From Paecilomyces variotii (taxonomy: Eukaryota), in the NCBI GenBank assembly GCA_004022145.1, contig RCNU01000004.1: a DNA stretch of 64,000 bases. One strand, 5' to 3'. The position numbers and the translations under genes are program-made. Shown piece after piece: positions 60,314 through 64,000 of this stretch. The notes below the pieces were generated by a model. That model ran no database searches. It had not been told where the DNA came from and saw nothing but the letters and a program-made list of their open reading frames with translations. Each line of letters begins with the position of its first letter. Position 1 is the first letter of the stretch.

Positions 60314-63300
60314 GCTTTTCCTCATTTTTCTTCGGAAAATGGTTCAGTCCGTGGTCGTCCTATAACATTTATAGTTTCGCCTTTTTATTGGAGGGTCTGA
60401 GGTAGGAGTTATGGTGACTCCACATGCGGTTCATGCTTTCTGTCTTTTGGGGAATGTACTCTTCATGCCCAATGAGGCCGGCGTCTTGTTATCTCAGTTT
60501 TTGACGTTGTCTTTGATGCGGTGTTTATGTGAGTCAAGGATCCTCTGTTTTCATTGCTTTAACGGCTTGTAAGATTCGGACCAAGGCAGGGAAGGCTAAG
60601 CCGCGGGTAAGATATGATACCACTTTGCATAGGGCTCCTTCAGTTTGCTTGTCCGAAGATGATATTTCAACTTCTATGTGCTTCTCAAAAATATTTATCT
60701 TTTCCGTGTGTTTGGTGCTCAAGACAGTTATTCGGAGAAACTAAGATTGATGAAGGCAGCGGAAGGCTTCACTAACAACAAATAATCAAGTCAGGCTATT
60801 CGTACGATTGGAAGAATGATTCTCCCTGAATATATTTCAAGCTTTATCGATTCGTCTCGAAAGTGCTGTGTTTCGTTGTCTTTTTCTGTTTCTTTCCCTT
60901 CCTTCGCTTCTCTCACCCTAGGTTCTTGCGCCTTCGGTGATCATTTCTTTCTTTCTCTTCCTCTTTTCTATTAAAATACTTTATTATGCATTTACCTTGC
61001 ACCTGCTGCCGTCTTGTCTGCATGGGTTAATGAAGCAAATATTGATAACCCGGTTCATGAGCATCAGGTGGTCTGCATGTACGTAAGTGAGATTCTGGAA
61101 ACAGTAGAAATGCCATGTCTGTATATTTCGAAACTACAGATCTTTCCTTTTGATCGGTGCATGAGCTTATAATCGGACCAAACTGTCAACTGCTGCCAGT
61201 GCGTTGCCTCTAGTCACTAACTAATAGGTGCCGATACGCTTGATGTGTCATGGCATCGTGAGAAATATCGAGGCATATTTGGAGTACAGCCCAGAGATCA
61301 AGTCTGAGGAGAAGACGAAAGATAAATAGAAAGAGACATGAATCTATCTTAAAGAAAGAGAGCAATATAGAGAATGTCAGTTCACCAAACCTCCTCATCG
61401 TCCGAGTATATGTATGTATTGTACTTCGTTCTATCTCACGAACCCCTCGACTTGAATTACCACGGAAATCCCTGGCCTTCCTCGTCACCCAATAAAGGAA
61501 ACAAGGAAAAAAGAGAGAACTGCATACTATCCAATAGAACAAATTCCCACATCGTTTCCTCCCTCTACACAATAATACGTAGTACCAATAAGACACTCTC
61601 CCAAAAAGAATTACAATAAAAGCAAGGACGCGAGAAAGAGCTCTCTCGAGAGAGAGTCGCGTCTCGCGAACCAGACAGACACGACCCCATCATCTATTGA
61701 AGAAATCAAATAATTAATTTAACAAAGTACGCGTTTTCGCGATTTCCGATCTTCCCGAAACTAGATCAATTATTCAGAGAGAAATTAGAAAATGGGGGGG
61801 GGGAAGTCTCCGATCGATCTTGTTGCCAAGGCAGGCAGGCAGGCAGGGGCTAAAGTAATACTTACAGTAAGTAGACAGGTGGGAGGGAAAGGGAAAAAGG
61901 GTCTGAGCTTACTTAGGGCAAAGGAAACCGAACCGACAGAACTGAGGATCAAGAAAAACTTGGAAAGATGATGATGATAGAGGCTCGAGTTCTCTCTGTA
62001 GATCTGGCTGGCTGGTCTCTAAAGATGGTAGTTAGTTAGTTTAGAACCTACACCTGGAAGAAGTACCAAAATAGGATACTTGACGCCAGCCACCCGTACA
62101 TATATACTTTAGCTTTACTTTTCGACTTGTATACTTCCTACTACTACTACCACTACTACTACCGCCCCTCTAGCAATACTACTCTATCTATTTACCTACT
62201 TAGATCGTGAATGACGTCGTCATGTCTTTTTGTTCTGTAATTATTTTTCTTTTTTCGGTCCCTCTCATCCGAAAAAAAAAAGGCGCAGTTGCACGTACCT
62301 GGCTGCAGAATCTAAATGCCCCCACTGATCTCCCTCTCTGCATATCTGGAATAGATAACTGGGGAAAAGAGGGTGTGGCTTGATCTATTCAACTTTCTGA
62401 AGATTCTATCTTTATTTGGCAAGATGGTTTATCGTTGTTCGGTACCCGTTGTTGGGAGGGCAGAGGGGATGAGGCGCCGAAATGCAAGGGGTTGCGAAAA
62501 TATAAGATAGTAACGGCCTGGAGGAGTTTGGTGATAAGACACCCACCCACCTGCACCCACGATAATCTGCTGTATCTAGCCTAGCCGATTTTACGTACGA
62601 GTATTGTACTGGATTGGTGAGAGAAGAGAAAAATAGAGAATATAGAGAGTTTGGTAAATATATGGCGATGGGCTGTGGCCGCGTCATACTAATGGCGTTG
62701 GAAGGTTACAGTTTTGGGGGGCTTATCGAGTATTTTCGGCGTATCTAGACGATGAAATCTTAAGCTTTTGCCTTATGGCTTGCTTTTCCTTTCAGGTCTA
62801 CAACCGATTGGAAGCTACAGGCTCGCTTCCTTAGGTAGTTGTTGGATATCGACCGATGCACCTGTGCCCGGGTTGACCTGCAGCTATGTCTTTGGCGGTA
62901 ATAGTGGATAGATTATAGATACAGCTTGCAGTCTTGGGACGATAGCCGGCAAATGTAGCTGTGAAGGTAGAAGAGGGTTATCTGATGAGACGCATGTCCG
63001 TTTTTGGGATCGATGTTCGCTGCGAATGATATTGGATCGACTGCTAGTTCTGCAACAGACCCCTGCCTTATGATGATCATCAGATGACCCTCTGGGGCCA
63101 ATGAATAGACGAGACATTTCAAGGCCAAAATCTGCTTGGTAGGGATTTGCATCTCTATTGTCTGTACCTGCAGAAATCTTGCAGCTGGATTTGTACGTGT
63201 ATGGAAAAGACCCGCAATAGGTTTCAGTCTCAAAGCTTCGACTCGAACAACCATCTTCTACTTCGTGCGAGCTGAATTGGGAGCATGTATGCTCGCGTAC

Positions 63301-64000
63301 CTGCATCCTGATCTTAGCTGGGAGGGACTATTCACATACTATGCCATTTGATGTCAATTATTGACATAACTGGTAGACATGTAGCTTAGCTATCCAGCGA
63401 CTGACTTATCTACCTATTATCTTTCCCGCTGTGGACCTTTGAGAAGCCTCACCAAGAGATTTCCCTAATGGACGAAGATCTGACAGGCTTTCAGCAGATA
63501 CAAGCTATTGCGCAGGCAGTGACTAAGCTTATGTGGATTCGAGATTCGTGTTGGACAACCGGACTCGTTCTAGGTGGGCAAAGCCAACACTCGCCACCAC
63601 ATGAGAGTACCTAGAAGGAACCTATTCTCTGATCATTTCCTTGTAGGGAGAAACTAGTAGCCCTGTGGCTACACAGTATGGTTTCCTTTCTTATCCATCC
63701 CTGTATTGTTTTCCTGTCTCACAATTGCTATGGGAACCTGTGAGTTTAACACCCTCCATGGGGAAGATCACGGGGCCTCATGTCTTTTGCACACGCAGGA
63801 AAGCTCAGTTATACCAAGCAATGAGGCACTACTCATGCACTCATGCGAACACGAGATATGAGCGGAGAAAAGCCAAATAACTATGAGAATATCGGGGTCC
63901 GATCAGTGCTCGCACACAGCGCCATCGCCTGCTAGACGGATGTTACTTGTACACCCGGCGACGGCGTTGCTTAAACAGCTTCCTGTTTATTATAGATTAA

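Noticed and set aside
58655..60325. Leu-rich antisense ORFs over SPT20
   Set aside because: They are the reverse complement of CAG/CAA polyQ codons.
60400..64000. Short ORFs and splice-donor-like words after SPT20
   Set aside because: Low-complexity purine/pyrimidine tracts; no coherent exon chain or recognisable protein or ncRNA could be assembled.
1..64000. tRNA, 5S rRNA, CRISPR arrays, LTR/LINE elements
   Set aside because: No cloverleaf with A/B boxes, repeat-spacer array, or RT/integrase/transposase motifs were recognised by eye. tRNAscan-SE and Rfam would be needed to exclude small RNAs.

Overview
Eukaryotic, intron-containing DNA from a filamentous ascomycete. GT-AG introns with CTRAC branch points and the gene content suggest Eurotiomycetes (Aspergillus/Penicillium/Talaromyces-like). 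About 21 protein-coding genes can be supported. Conserved core genes include a PHD-finger protein, a DUF2293 protein, a carotenoid oxygenase, PUS7, an ELO-family elongase, an MFS permease, a BNI4-like protein, eIF2B-gamma/GCD1, a PEX22-like protein and SPT20. An accessory-looking block at about 10-28 kb contains: (i) an intronless tandem pair of a protein-kinase-like gene and a PD-(D/E)xK nuclease-like gene, a candidate split Spok/Crinkler-like toxin-antidote module; (ii) a three-gene module of a Zn2Cys6 regulator, an AstA/Soa1-like MFS transporter and an intronless bacterial-type arylsulfotransferase, with a GATA-dense bidirectional promoter; (iii) an AA11-type LPMO lacking the axial Tyr; (iv) a ~160-bp, ~92%-identical inverted duplication of an orphan gene's promoter/5'UTR that brackets ~8 kb. 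A decayed ankyrin-repeat relic lies at ~3.7-5.3 kb and an ~8.4-kb gene desert at 42.7-51 kb. No tRNA, rRNA, CRISPR array or intact transposon was recognised. Family assignments come from motif recognition by eye, not database searches, and exon boundaries are approximate.
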